Positions 47,001 through 55,456 of a stretch of 64,000 nucleotides of DNA are shown here, piece by piece. Every line of letters starts with the position of its first letter. The stretch's first letter is position 1. Made by a program: the position numbers and the translations under genes. The stretch is from positions 390,355 through 454,354 of the forward strand of contig CAXVYQ010000002.1 of NCBI GenBank assembly GCA_963662495.2. The letters are read 5' to 3'. Source of the DNA: Terriglobia bacterium. GTDB taxonomy: Bacteria > Acidobacteriota > Terriglobia > 2-12-FULL-54-10. The notes under the pieces were generated by a model. The model saw only the letters and a program-made list of their open reading frames with translations. It was not told the DNA's origin and did not search any database.

Positions 47001-47446
47001 CCGACTTTGGCGCCGACGTCCGGTCCACGGCCGGGCGGCTGGCCGAGTTTCACCAGGTCGAAAACACCTACCTCTCCACCTTCCAGATGCTGGGCGGACT
47101 GGGACTGCTGCTGGGAACCTTCGGGTTGGGCGCCGTCCTGTTGCGAAATATAATGGAGCGGCGGCGGGAGCTGGCGTTGTTGCGCGCGCTCGGCTACCGG
47201 CGGGCGCATTTCTTTGCGATGGTGATCGCGGAAAACGGAGTGGTTCTGCTGAGCGGTCTGTTGATGGGAACTGTCTGCGCGATTCTTGCCATCCTGCCGG
47301 CGTTGCTGGAACAGAGCGGACGCCTGCCCGCCCGCTCCCTGGGGTTGCTGCTGGGCAGTGTCCTGGCGGCCGGACTGATCGCATCGTTGGCGGCCACGGT
47401 GGTGGCGCTTCGTTCTCCGCTGCTGCGCGCGCTGCGCTCGGAGTAA
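44066..47446 (+). CDS. duplicated FtsX-domain ABC permease (MacB/ADOP-like) with large extracytoplasmic domains
   Basis: The N-terminal MKLRHLVLGSMKYYWRTNAAVVLGVATAVAVLSGALLVGDSVR is the typical FtsX-family start. There are two FtsX-type TM clusters (about 45.55-46.2 kb and 47.05-47.44 kb), each preceded by a long soluble domain. Confidence 0.8.
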   Translation: MKLRHLVLGSMKYYWRTNAAVVLGVATAVAVLSGALLVGDSVRGSLRDLVLERIGRTDQVVVSAGFFRESLAGDLGGDPEFPAFFDGICPVVMVQGFVSVQGGGGRAGQVLVYGVDDRFWRFHGMDTVSGPRDRDALISPALAQELGAAAGAMILVRVQSPTDAPLEWLHGRKDDPGRTLRATVGAVIPRHELGEFSLQARQGDIRAVFLPLPLLQQSLEVGSRVNTLLLSASPDSTAPSSAALERLVRSQARLEDFGLELRVPESRDAFFLEAEGGLLNDAQANAALDAAREVGLAAQPVFTYLATGLGSGNREIPYSVVTAMNLPELSGPDSMVLNDWAARDLQVAAGDLVTMEYDVWEEPGRLVARSKEFRISGVVPIDPRDRDLAPVYPGITDSATLSGWDPPFPIDLRRIRSIDEEYWKIHQATPKAFIPFGVGEQLWHSRYGSMTAIRFTLNQGQDQGQDLETMRRLYAGRLRGEIDPLAMGIAVRDVRAEGLRVAGGATDFGAYFLYFSFFLVVSALLLAALFFRLSMEQRAGEVGLLRAVGWNVPAVRRLFLREGFWLSLAGAGAGVLGGIGYGWVMMTGLRTWWVGAVGTTALTLHLSPASLAGGALGGVAASMACIWLSLRSLSAVSERRLLTGQIRSETADVLRGRRKGGWHSIAAAGLALLGAVLIASAAAGLIERASAFFSAGMALLASCLLLSALWLAQPASNGLGGRGWASLGRLGLRNAMYRPARSVASMAMIASATFILIAVDTFRKEDSSVPAGRSSGTGGYSLLVESLLPLVHDPGNREGREMLGLAGFDQVTIEPFRVRPGDDASCLNLYVPSNPRILAPPDRLIEQGRFSFRSSLASNGGERANPWLLLHREEADGAVPVIADVNSMTYVLHRKLGEDIVFTAGDREVRLRLVAALEDSIFQGELLMSQTNFLRLFPEREGYQFLLVEPGSGPGSGQSSGTGSGPDEQVALAIEEALADFGADVRSTAGRLAEFHQVENTYLSTFQMLGGLGLLLGTFGLGAVLLRNIMERRRELALLRALGYRRAHFFAMVIAENGVVLLSGLLMGTVCAILAILPALLEQSGRLPARSLGLLLGSVLAAGLIASLAATVVALRSPLLRALRSE

Positions 47447-47452
47447 TCGCTT

Positions 47453-48811
47453 ATGCCTTTTTGGGGAACTGATTCGTTGGAAGTCAAACGGGCCAGGAAG
47501 TTTGCCCGTCCCGTTCTGCCAGCTCTCCTGGCGGGACTGGTCCTGCTGACCACCGTGCCGGCCCTGCTGATCACCGTGCTGTCCGGGCAGGACGCCGCGC
47601 CGCGCAAGGATTCAGGCGGCGTGCGGATGATCGGCGTCGAAGGAGAGGGCGCCCGATATTGGCCGCGCTGGCGTGGTCCTTCCGGTCAGGGACTCGTGAG
47701 CGGCAGCGGCTATCCGGACAGTTGGTCCGGAACCGAGAACGTTCTCTGGAAAAAACCACTTCCAGGTCGCGGAAACTCATCTCCCATTGTCTGGGGCGAT
47801 CGCATTTTGCTCACCACTGCATATGAGGGAGGCAGGCGGGTGTCGCTGCTTGCATTCCGTCGCTCGGACGGCGCGCTGCTCTGGGAGAGTTTCGCTCCCG
47901 AAGGCCGCGCCCTGTCCTCCCATCAAAAGAATGGCCATGCCTCCGCGACGCCCGCCACCGACGGTGAGCGCATCTACGTCTCCTTCGGCAATCGCGGGCT
48001 GGTCGCCTTCGACATGGACGGCAAAATAGTCTGGCAGCAGGACCTCGGATCCATGGAGGCCTATCACGGCACGGCAGGCTCGCCGCTGCTCTACAAGGAC
48101 CGGATCATTCTTTACCAGGATCAGTACCGGGATTCCTTCATCGCGGCATTCGATACCAGCACCGGCCGGCTACTGTGGCGGACCCGGCGGGACGCCCGGG
48201 TGGGATGGGGCACCCCCATTGCGATCCGCGTCGCCGGACATGATGAGATCATCGTCCACGGCCAGCGCAAAGTGCAAGCCTACGACCCGGACACGGGGGA
48301 AGAACTGTGGTCCTGTAACGGGAATCTTACGGAGGTGATCCCCACGCCGGTCGTGGGATACGGGATGGTGTTTTGCCCCTCGGGCCGCGCCGGACCCACG
48401 CTCGCGATCCGGCCCGGCGGCAGTGGCGATGTTACCGAAACGCATCTGGTCTGGTCCAGTCCGCGCGGCTCCCCGTTCGTTCCCTCACCCATTCTCTATG
48501 GGAAATATCTTTTCATGGTGAATGACATGGCGAGCATCGCCACCTGTCTCGATCCGGTTTCGGGGCGCACTCTGTGGCAGGGACGGCTGGGCCGTCCGCG
48601 GCGCGAAGGGTTTTCCGCCTCGCCCGTCGCGGTGGATGGCAAAGTCTTCTTCACGAATGATGCGGGAGAGACGTTCGTGCTCCGCGCCGGCCCGGATTTC
48701 GATCTGCTGCACACGAACCGGCTCGGGGAAACCACGCTTGCATCGCCCGCCCTGGTGGAGGGGCGATGGTATTTCCGGACCGCGCGCAACCTGATCGCCA
48801 TCGGCCGCTGA
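47453..48811 (+). CDS. secreted PQQ-like beta-propeller repeat protein, paralog F (last gene of the plus-strand operon)
   Basis: TM/signal segment PVLPALLAGLVLLTTVPALLI, YWPRWRGPSGQG motif and propeller blades. It starts 7 nt after the permease stop. Confidence 0.8.
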   Translation: MPFWGTDSLEVKRARKFARPVLPALLAGLVLLTTVPALLITVLSGQDAAPRKDSGGVRMIGVEGEGARYWPRWRGPSGQGLVSGSGYPDSWSGTENVLWKKPLPGRGNSSPIVWGDRILLTTAYEGGRRVSLLAFRRSDGALLWESFAPEGRALSSHQKNGHASATPATDGERIYVSFGNRGLVAFDMDGKIVWQQDLGSMEAYHGTAGSPLLYKDRIILYQDQYRDSFIAAFDTSTGRLLWRTRRDARVGWGTPIAIRVAGHDEIIVHGQRKVQAYDPDTGEELWSCNGNLTEVIPTPVVGYGMVFCPSGRAGPTLAIRPGGSGDVTETHLVWSSPRGSPFVPSPILYGKYLFMVNDMASIATCLDPVSGRTLWQGRLGRPRREGFSASPVAVDGKVFFTNDAGETFVLRAGPDFDLLHTNRLGETTLASPALVEGRWYFRTARNLIAIGR

Positions 48812-48894
48812 CCGGACTTCGATATCCGCGCGACCGTAGCGATTCGTCGCCTGACGGCCGGGTCGAGAACCCGCCGCGACCTGCGACGACCCGG

Positions 48895-50160
48895 CTAGTT
48901 CCAGGTCAGTAGCGAAAGCGTTTCGACATCCTTCACCAGGATGCGGTTGCCGGAAAACACCGGCTGCGTCCAGGTGTCCGTGTCGGCGACCTTGTACCGG
49001 CGAATCTCTTCGAAGGCCTCCTGACTGCGCCGGAAGACGATCAGCTCGCCGTCGTCCTCCAGGCTGAGCACCAGATCGCCGGTTCTCAGCCCGACTCTCA
49101 ATAATGATGCGTTCTCGGCCTGGCGCGGCTCGGAGAGCCATACCGTTTCGCCCGTCCGTGGATTCAGGCTGAAGTACTGCCCGCTGTTGCGCGTCGACAA
49201 GCTGAACAATCGGCCTTCCACGATCACGCCGTTGGTCATGCGCATGGTAACCCCTTCGTTCTCCCACACCTGTTCCACGCTCCATCGCTCTGCTTCCTTT
49301 TTGGCGCGGATGGCGGTCACGGGCTTCTCCCGGCTGGAGATGATGAACAGGTCCTCAAAGCGCAGCGGCGTCATGGAGTTCGTGAAATTGGAGCTTACAT
49401 AGGGATACTCCCAGAGCAACTCGCCGGTAGCGACGTCCAGTCCCACGATCTTGCCCTGCGAATTCGTCACGATCTGCCGCGTGCCTTCCAGCTCCACCAC
49501 GATCGGCGACCCGTACCCCGGGGCATCCCCGTCCCAGCGCCACTTCACATCGCCGGTGTTCACGTCGAATGCCGTCAGTGCCCCCACGTTATGCCCGCCC
49601 ACGTGGAATATCACCGCACCTTGTTCTACCACGGGAGAAGAGGAATGCGTCGTATAGTACAGCAGGGGTTTGGATCCCGGTTTCTGCCACAGGATTTTGC
49701 CCGAGGCCGCATCGAAGGCGGTAATAGCGCCGGCCATCCCGATCGTAAACAGTTTGCCGTTGCTGAAAACCGGTGTCGATTTCGGTCCGGGCCCGTGCCC
49801 GGCGGCGGAGCGGTTCATCGTAAACAGGGCCGGATACGTGGTCTCCCACAGAATCTCTCCCGTTGCCAGATCCATCGCCCGCATCACTTCGTCCTCGCCT
49901 TTGCGCGAGAACATGTAGATCCGCTCGCCCACGATCAGCGGCGTGGCATAGCCTGGGCCCACCTCCAGCGTCCAGTGCCGCGTCAGTTGGTCGGGCCACG
50001 TCTGCGGCGGCGTGAAGTTTTCGAGCGTCCCATCGCGGTTCGGACCGCGCCACTCCATCCAGTCCTGCGCCCCGGCCGGCGCGGCCAGCGATGTAGTGGC
50101 AGCCAGCAGGACGATGGCTGTGAGCCGATGATCGATCCATCTCATAGCGTTCCTCTCCAT
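48895..50160 (-). CDS. secreted PQQ-like beta-propeller repeat protein, paralog G
   Basis: Signal peptide ...LTAIVLLAATTSLAAPAGA, DWMEWRGPNRDG motif and propeller blades. Confidence 0.8.
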   Translation of the reverse strand: MERNAMRWIDHRLTAIVLLAATTSLAAPAGAQDWMEWRGPNRDGTLENFTPPQTWPDQLTRHWTLEVGPGYATPLIVGERIYMFSRKGEDEVMRAMDLATGEILWETTYPALFTMNRSAAGHGPGPKSTPVFSNGKLFTIGMAGAITAFDAASGKILWQKPGSKPLLYYTTHSSSPVVEQGAVIFHVGGHNVGALTAFDVNTGDVKWRWDGDAPGYGSPIVVELEGTRQIVTNSQGKIVGLDVATGELLWEYPYVSSNFTNSMTPLRFEDLFIISSREKPVTAIRAKKEAERWSVEQVWENEGVTMRMTNGVIVEGRLFSLSTRNSGQYFSLNPRTGETVWLSEPRQAENASLLRVGLRTGDLVLSLEDDGELIVFRRSQEAFEEIRRYKVADTDTWTQPVFSGNRILVKDVETLSLLTWN

Positions 50161-50220
50161 TCCTTTCCGTTCGCGGCGTTTCGCCCTGCGATCGGGACGG
50201 GCCGTTTCTCGCTGATCTGC

Positions 50221-51567
50221 TTACTCCCCGATTGCGGACAACATGTTATCAGAGCGGATGAACAATCGACCCTGCGAAATCGCGGGTGAGGCCAGTTGCC
50301 GCGCAGTGATCTGGTTGCGGGAGAGGATCTCCGGCGTCCGGCCAGCGGCCAGCACCACCGTCTCACCGCCTTCGCTCAGCAGGTAGACCTTCCCATCGCC
50401 CGCCACCGGCGAGGCGCTGTAGACGCCCCCGATGCGCTTCTGATGGACGCGTTCGCCCGTCTCGGCGTCCACCACCGTCAGCACTCCTACGTCGCCCACC
50501 ATGTAGATCAGTCCGTCGTAATAGACCAGGGAAGAAACATAAGGTGCGCCCGTATCGGCCCTCCACAGAACGTGGCTGTCGGCAATATTTCCCCGGCCTC
50601 CCGGCCGGATCGCCATGTAGGGTCCGCTACGGTACCCGCGGCTGGTGTAGATCACGCCGTTGTGAGAGACCGCCGTGGATATAGGGAACCGGTTCGGGTC
50701 GCCGATATGCCAGAGCAGCTCTCCCGTCGAGGCGTCGTGGCCCCTCATGCCCAGGTTGGAATTCACCACCAGTTCCGCGGGGTCCGTCGTCCCGATCAGT
50801 TTCGGCGTGCTGTAGGAGATGGTTCCTTTCTCCCGGTCCTGCTTCCACCGGACCGCTCCGGTCCGCGCGTCCAGCGCCAGCAGGTAGGACGCCGCCGGGT
50901 GGTAGGAGAGCAGGATCACGGAGTCCTCGTAAACAACCGGCGAGCTTCCGTGCCCGTGATTGATGTTCAGCATTCCGTACTCGTCGCCCAGATGACGCTG
51001 CCATTGGAACTGGCCGTTCATATCGAGAGCGAAGATCTGGCCCGTGCCGAACCATGCATAGACCCGCTCGCCATCGGTAACCGGGCTGGCGGTGGCCAGG
51101 TTGTGCTTCTCGTGAACAACGGGCAGGTCCCCTTCGGCCGCCATTTCGTATTCCCAGAGCTGGCGCCCGCTGGCGCGGTCGAACGCCGTTACCAGGAAGG
51201 AGACTGATTCCTCGTCTGCACTTGGGTTGATCCCGCCCAGCGGCCGCTCGCCCGCGGAAGCCGCGTCGCCTTGCTGAAACAGCCGCGGACCCGTCCTCCA
51301 CGCGCCCCGCCCCGTCTGCGAGGTTACGAACACCTGATCCTTCCAGACGATGGGAGAGGAGATGCCCATGCCGAGGAAGCTGGTCTTCCAGGCGATGTTT
51401 TCCGCATCGCTCCAGCTTGCAGGCAGTCCGCTCTCCGGCGACACGCCGTTTGCGGATTCACCGCGCCAGTTCGGCCAGTCCTCGGCCTGCGCCGCGAAGC
51501 CGAGTGCCAGAAACAGGGCCAGAAACCGGGCAAGAAATAGGGTCTAGAAAAGTGCAGTCCTATGCAT
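50221..51567 (-). pseudogene. PQQ-like beta-propeller paralog H with an in-frame TAG at codon 8 of its signal peptide
   Basis: Minus strand from 51567: ATG CAT AGG ACT GCA CTT TTC TAG ACC CTA TTT CTT GCC ..., giving MHRTALF*TLFLARFLALFLALGFAAQAEDWPNWRGESANG. This is in frame with the track ORF 50221-51444. Confidence 0.6.
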
Positions 51568-51737
51568 CGTTTACCTCCGTGGTACCTCCTGGCAGCACCG
51601 GGCAGCACCAGGAATTTTATTGTAAATTCCGCCCGCCGGATCCGGCAACGCCGAATTGCGGACATCATCGAGGGACCATCTGCGCCTGTCCCGCGCGTTC
51701 ACCCCGATCCCGCCGGCGGCTTTCACGCCGACGGCTT

Positions 51738-52187
51738 TCAGGCCGTTGGACGGAAGTAGAGAACCAGTGCCGCTCCGATCGACGCCAGCACGAAGCCCAA
51801 GTAGAGCATCGGGTGGATGGCCGACTTGGGAGGATGCACCGCCATGGCGAGCGCCACGTTGACGATCGGAGCGCCGCCAAAGACCAAGGGCATTACATAG
51901 ATCGGAAGTCCGCCGGAGCGAAACGCCCAGATGATGCAGGCGGCGCCCGTAGCGCCCAAAGCCCCGGCGGCCAGCGCGATCATCAATCCCTTCTTGCTGA
52001 AACCGGAGAGCCCGCCACTGGCGCCGAGCGTGGTTACCGGCACGATGATGCCGATCAGGAAATACGAGACACCCACGCAGAGCAGCGCCTTCAGCGGATT
52101 GCCGAGCTCGGCTTGGCCTTGATGCAGCAGGACCCCGTAGGATCCCCATGCCAATACCGCTCCCGCCACGAATATCATCCAGACCAT
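51738..52187 (-). CDS. small integral membrane protein (4-5 TM segments), function unknown
   Basis: 149 aa, strongly hydrophobic, with Gly/Ala-rich helices. No motif recognised. Confidence 0.55.
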   Translation of the reverse strand: MVWMIFVAGAVLAWGSYGVLLHQGQAELGNPLKALLCVGVSYFLIGIIVPVTTLGASGGLSGFSKKGLMIALAAGALGATGAACIIWAFRSGGLPIYVMPLVFGGAPIVNVALAMAVHPPKSAIHPMLYLGFVLASIGAALVLYFRPTA

Positions 52188-52510
52188 GTACTTTGGCCTC
52201 CTCTGGTTAAGTTGAACGCAACCTCGTTATGTGGAACGCAACTGTCGATTGGTCGAACCCCACCGGACGTCCATGAAAATCGCCCCTATTATACGGGACC
52301 CCGCCCGCTGGCAATCAAGTGAATTGGATCGATGCCGGGTCGTCCTGCTGCCATGGCGGGTGTTCAACACGACATCTTGGAGGACATTGAGCATCGCAGT
52401 CGAGACGCGGGGGTGCTCCCGCAAACTAGTGTTGTGAATTACCGCTAATCTTTAACTAATAAATGAACTTATTCAATATTTTCCACAGCCCAGAATCTCC
52501 AAGACCGTAT

Positions 52511-52538
52511 TTGTCAGCAACGTGTTGAATAGTATAGA
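52511..52538 (+). promoter_or_regulatory. candidate promoter for dus (TTGTCA - 16 nt - TATAGA)
   Basis: Hexamers were read directly in an AT-rich spacer about 45 nt upstream of the ATG at 52584. Confidence 0.25.
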
Positions 52539-52583
52539 GTTATACTGACTCTACCAACAGTGAATTGCGGAGGCGCCAACACA

Positions 52584-53603
52584 ATGAGTTTTTGGGAAGA
52601 CTTGCCAAAACCAATACTCGTTCTCGCTCCGATGTCTGATGTGACTGATCCAGCTTTTCGACGCATCATTGCGAAGTATGGCAAGCCAGATGTTCTGTGG
52701 ACAGAGTTCGTCTCGGCAGATGGGCTTTTCTTGGGTGGTTATGATGCTCTTGTAAAGGATCTGGACTTTACACAGGCAGAGCGGCCGATTGTAGCGCAAT
52801 TTTTTACTTCTAATCCGGATATGATGCGCAAAGCTGCATCACTTGCAAAAGATCTCGGCTTCGATGGTATAGACATAAACATGGGTTGCCCGGATAGACG
52901 CATTGAAAGGCGAGGTGCGGGGGCAAATTTGATGAAATATACCGAACTGGCACAATCCATCATTTGCGCAGCAAAGGAGGGAGCTGGCGGTGTGCCTGTA
53001 TCTGTAAAAACTCGGCTGGGGTGGAATGATAACGAGCTGGAAACTCTTCTTCCAGCGCTTTTGAAAGTGAAGCCAGCTATGATTACCATACATGCGCGGA
53101 CCCGCAAAGAACTGTCCCTGGCACCCGCTCGATGGGAACTCATAGAGCGTGCCGTGCAGATTCGTAATGAAATGGGGAGCAATACTCTCATCTTTGGAAA
53201 TGGTGATGTTCGTTCAGTCGCTGATGGATTACAGAAAGCAAAGGAGACCGGTTGCGATGGAGTAATGATCGGTCGCGCAATTTTTGGGAATCCGTGGCTG
53301 TTCACAAAACATTCTCCGCAGATTCTTCCCAAGGACAAAATAGAAGTGTTGACAGAACATACGAAACTGTTTGAGCAATTGATGCCACACAAGAACTTTT
53401 CCGTAATGAAGAAGCATTTCAAAGCTTATGTCGCAGGATGGGAAGGGGCAAAGGAACTTCGAATGAAATTAATGGATGCGAGAAACGCAAGCGAGGTAAA
53501 GTCCATTAGCGAGCGATGGCCCTGGACCGACTCGCCGTCAGGTTCGAGGATCCTCAAAGCAGCCGCTTTCGATACCGGCATTGCCTCATCCGACGGCATC
53601 TGA
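52584..53603 (+). CDS. dus: tRNA-dihydrouridine synthase
   Basis: LAPMSDVTDPAFRRI, NMGCPDRRIERRGAGANLM, ITIHARTR and the GNGDV motifs of the Dus family. GC content is markedly lower than in the core region. Confidence 0.85.
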   Translation: MSFWEDLPKPILVLAPMSDVTDPAFRRIIAKYGKPDVLWTEFVSADGLFLGGYDALVKDLDFTQAERPIVAQFFTSNPDMMRKAASLAKDLGFDGIDINMGCPDRRIERRGAGANLMKYTELAQSIICAAKEGAGGVPVSVKTRLGWNDNELETLLPALLKVKPAMITIHARTRKELSLAPARWELIERAVQIRNEMGSNTLIFGNGDVRSVADGLQKAKETGCDGVMIGRAIFGNPWLFTKHSPQILPKDKIEVLTEHTKLFEQLMPHKNFSVMKKHFKAYVAGWEGAKELRMKLMDARNASEVKSISERWPWTDSPSGSRILKAAAFDTGIASSDGI

Positions 53604-53695
53604 TATGCCAAGCGGCACCCTCGGTCAAACAACCCCGATTTGTTACCCCTGCCGTTGACCCGCCAGAGATTTTGTACCAACTGATGTGAGAGAGT

Positions 53696-54568
53696 TTACA
53701 CCACAATCTGAGGCCGAGAAACCGGTTTCCCGACAGGGCTATAGGCCCCCGGCGCCGGGGGCCTATAGCCGAGCGCCGAGTGGGGTCTTCTGGTGTTGTA
53801 CTGCTGCCGCCACTGTTCGACCACCACCTGGGCCTCCTTCAATGAGTAGAAGATCTCTCCATTCAGGCATTCATCTCTTAGCTTCCCATTAAAACTTTCG
53901 CAGTACCCGTTCTCCCACGGGCTGCCAGGCTCGATATACAAGGGCCCTGTCCCCAAGCTGGTCAGCCAGGTGCGCAATTGCTGCGCCACAAACTCCGGAC
54001 CGTTATCCGAACGAATGTGCTCCGGGATGCCCCGCCACAGCATGACATCGGACAGAGTCTCGATCAGATTCTGATGATTCAGCCTCCGCTCCACTCGCAG
54101 GGCCAGACACTCGCGCGTGTACTCGTCAATCAGCGTCAGGATCTTCAGCAGCCGGCCATCATGCGTTCGCGCACTGACGAAGTCGTAGCTCCAGACTTGA
54201 TTCGCCCGCTCGGGCCGCAGCCGGATACAACTCCCATCGTTCAGCCACAGCCGCCTCCGGGGATGCTGTTTCTGCGGCACTTTCAATCCCTCTCGCCGCC
54301 AGATCTGCTCCACCCGGTCGCGCCCCACCGGCCATCCCGCGTTCTGCAGCAGAGCAGTTATCCTGCGGTAGCCATAACGTCCATACTGCTCGGCTAGCAA
54401 AATGACCGCCCGCGTCAGTTCATCCTCATCGGCTCGTGGCGTCGATTGGTATCGTTGCGTTCCTCGCCATTGCCCCAGCAGCCGGCAAGCGTGCCTCTGG
54501 CTGATTCCGTACTGACTTTCAGCCCGCTCTACCGCACAACTCCGCCGCTCAGGGCTTAGAAGTTTCCC
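53696..54568 (-). CDS. IS3-family transposase OrfB (rve), via a -1 frameshift
   Basis: [24 protein letters not shown] and the [20 protein letters not shown] motifs. The frame joins orfA at GGGAAAC. Confidence 0.8.
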   Translation of the reverse strand, partial: GKLLSPERRSCAVERAESQYGISQRHACRLLGQWRGTQRYQSTPRADEDELTRAVILLAEQYGRYGYRRITALLQNAGWPVGRDRVEQIWRREGLKVPQKQHPRRRLWLNDGSCIRLRPERANQVWSYDFVSARTHDGRLLKILTLIDEYTRECLALRVERRLNHQNLIETLSDVMLWRGIPEHIRSDNGPEFVAQQLRTWLTSLGTGPLYIEPGSPWENGYCESFNGKLRDECLNGEIFYSLKEAQVVVEQWRQQYNTRRPHSALGYRPPAPGAYSPVGKPVSRPQIVV

Positions 54569-54840
54569 TCTGCCACGTCCTTTAAGATTTGCTTCTCCAG
54601 ACTCAACTCCGCCACCAGCCGCTTCAGCCGCGTATTCTCCTTCTCCATCGCCTTCAGCCGCTTGGCTTGCTCCACCTTCAGTCCGCCATATTCTTTCCGC
54701 CAACGATAGTACGTTTGCACGGTGATCCCGGCTTCCTTGCACGCTTGCGGTGTCGTCTTCCCGCTTGCCACCGCCACTTCAACCTGTCTTAACACCGTTA
54801 CGATCTGTTCCGGTTTGTACCTCTGCATCGGCATGTTCAA
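54556..54840 (-). CDS. IS3-family transposase OrfA
   Basis: 94 aa: [29 protein letters not shown] followed by a coiled-coil tail. Confidence 0.85.
   Translation of the reverse strand: MNMPMQRYKPEQIVTVLRQVEVAVASGKTTPQACKEAGITVQTYYRWRKEYGGLKVEQAKRLKAMEKENTRLKRLVAELSLEKQILKDVAEGNF
54562..54568 (-). promoter_or_regulatory. X_XXY_YYZ slippery heptamer G_GGA_AAC (probable -1 frameshift site)
   Basis: The sense sequence is gag GGA AAC ttc taa. After a -1 slip it reads [10 protein letters not shown], which continues into OrfB. Confidence 0.45.
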
Positions 54841-55087
54841 TACCCTCCTCCATGAGATTCTCTCTCACTTCAGCTGGTACTAAAATCCCCGGTCAGGTCA
54901 AGGGAGCCTCGTGGCGCACGATTGCAGCTGAGTTGGGAGTGGGGGTGGGAACTGCAAGGGCGCGAGTCTCAGGCCGTGCGGAAAACCCCTCTGCAACCGT
55001 GGAGACCGGAGGCTGATTCTAATGCGCTGGACCTACCTGTTTCCACTGTGCGAAAAACAAGTGTTTTCAGAACAGCCTGTGGAATAG

Positions 55088-55456
55088 TCAGCCCGCTGCG
55101 TAGACAAGAACCACACCGAACACTGCTGCGGCCAGTGACCATATGCGGATGACGCCAGTCGGCATCCCCAACCACCAGTCAATGAAACTATCGAAACGCC
55201 GCCTCCCGATGAATGGTATAACCACCCCTGCTACCAGTGAGATGATCCCGATTATCCTGACCACCTCGGGCAACCGGCAACTTGGCGCAGCGATGATGAA
55301 TCCTACTCCGAGAGCAATCCGAATCAGCGCGGCAGACCAAAGTCTCGATGCTCCCTGCCAGCGTCCCACCAATGAGATGAATTTACGCGGGTTCACCAGA
55401 CCGATCAGTCCAATCAGAACTATCAAGGCTCCCACAATAGTGACCAAAAGTGTCAT
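55088..55456 (-). CDS. small integral membrane protein, function unknown
   Basis: 122 aa with four hydrophobic helices. Its ATG overlaps the upstream gene stop (ATGA). Confidence 0.5.
   Translation of the reverse strand: MTLLVTIVGALIVLIGLIGLVNPRKFISLVGRWQGASRLWSAALIRIALGVGFIIAAPSCRLPEVVRIIGIISLVAGVVIPFIGRRRFDSFIDWWLGMPTGVIRIWSLAAAVFGVVLVYAAG

Larger units (their letters stand above)
53664..54890 (-). mobile_element. intact IS3-family insertion sequence (second, unrelated IS3 type)
   Basis: The terminal repeats are gagattttgtaccaactgatgtgagagag (53666-) and the reverse complement of ...ctctctcacttcagctggtactaaaatccc (to ~54889). orfA and orfB overlap in the -1 frame. Confidence 0.8.

Noticed and set aside
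26398-51567. Calling the eight propeller proteins PQQ-dependent dehydrogenases.
   Set aside because: Only the generic repeat/propeller signature is visible. I could not identify quinoprotein active-site features, so the neutral label PQQ-like/BamB-like beta-propeller is used.
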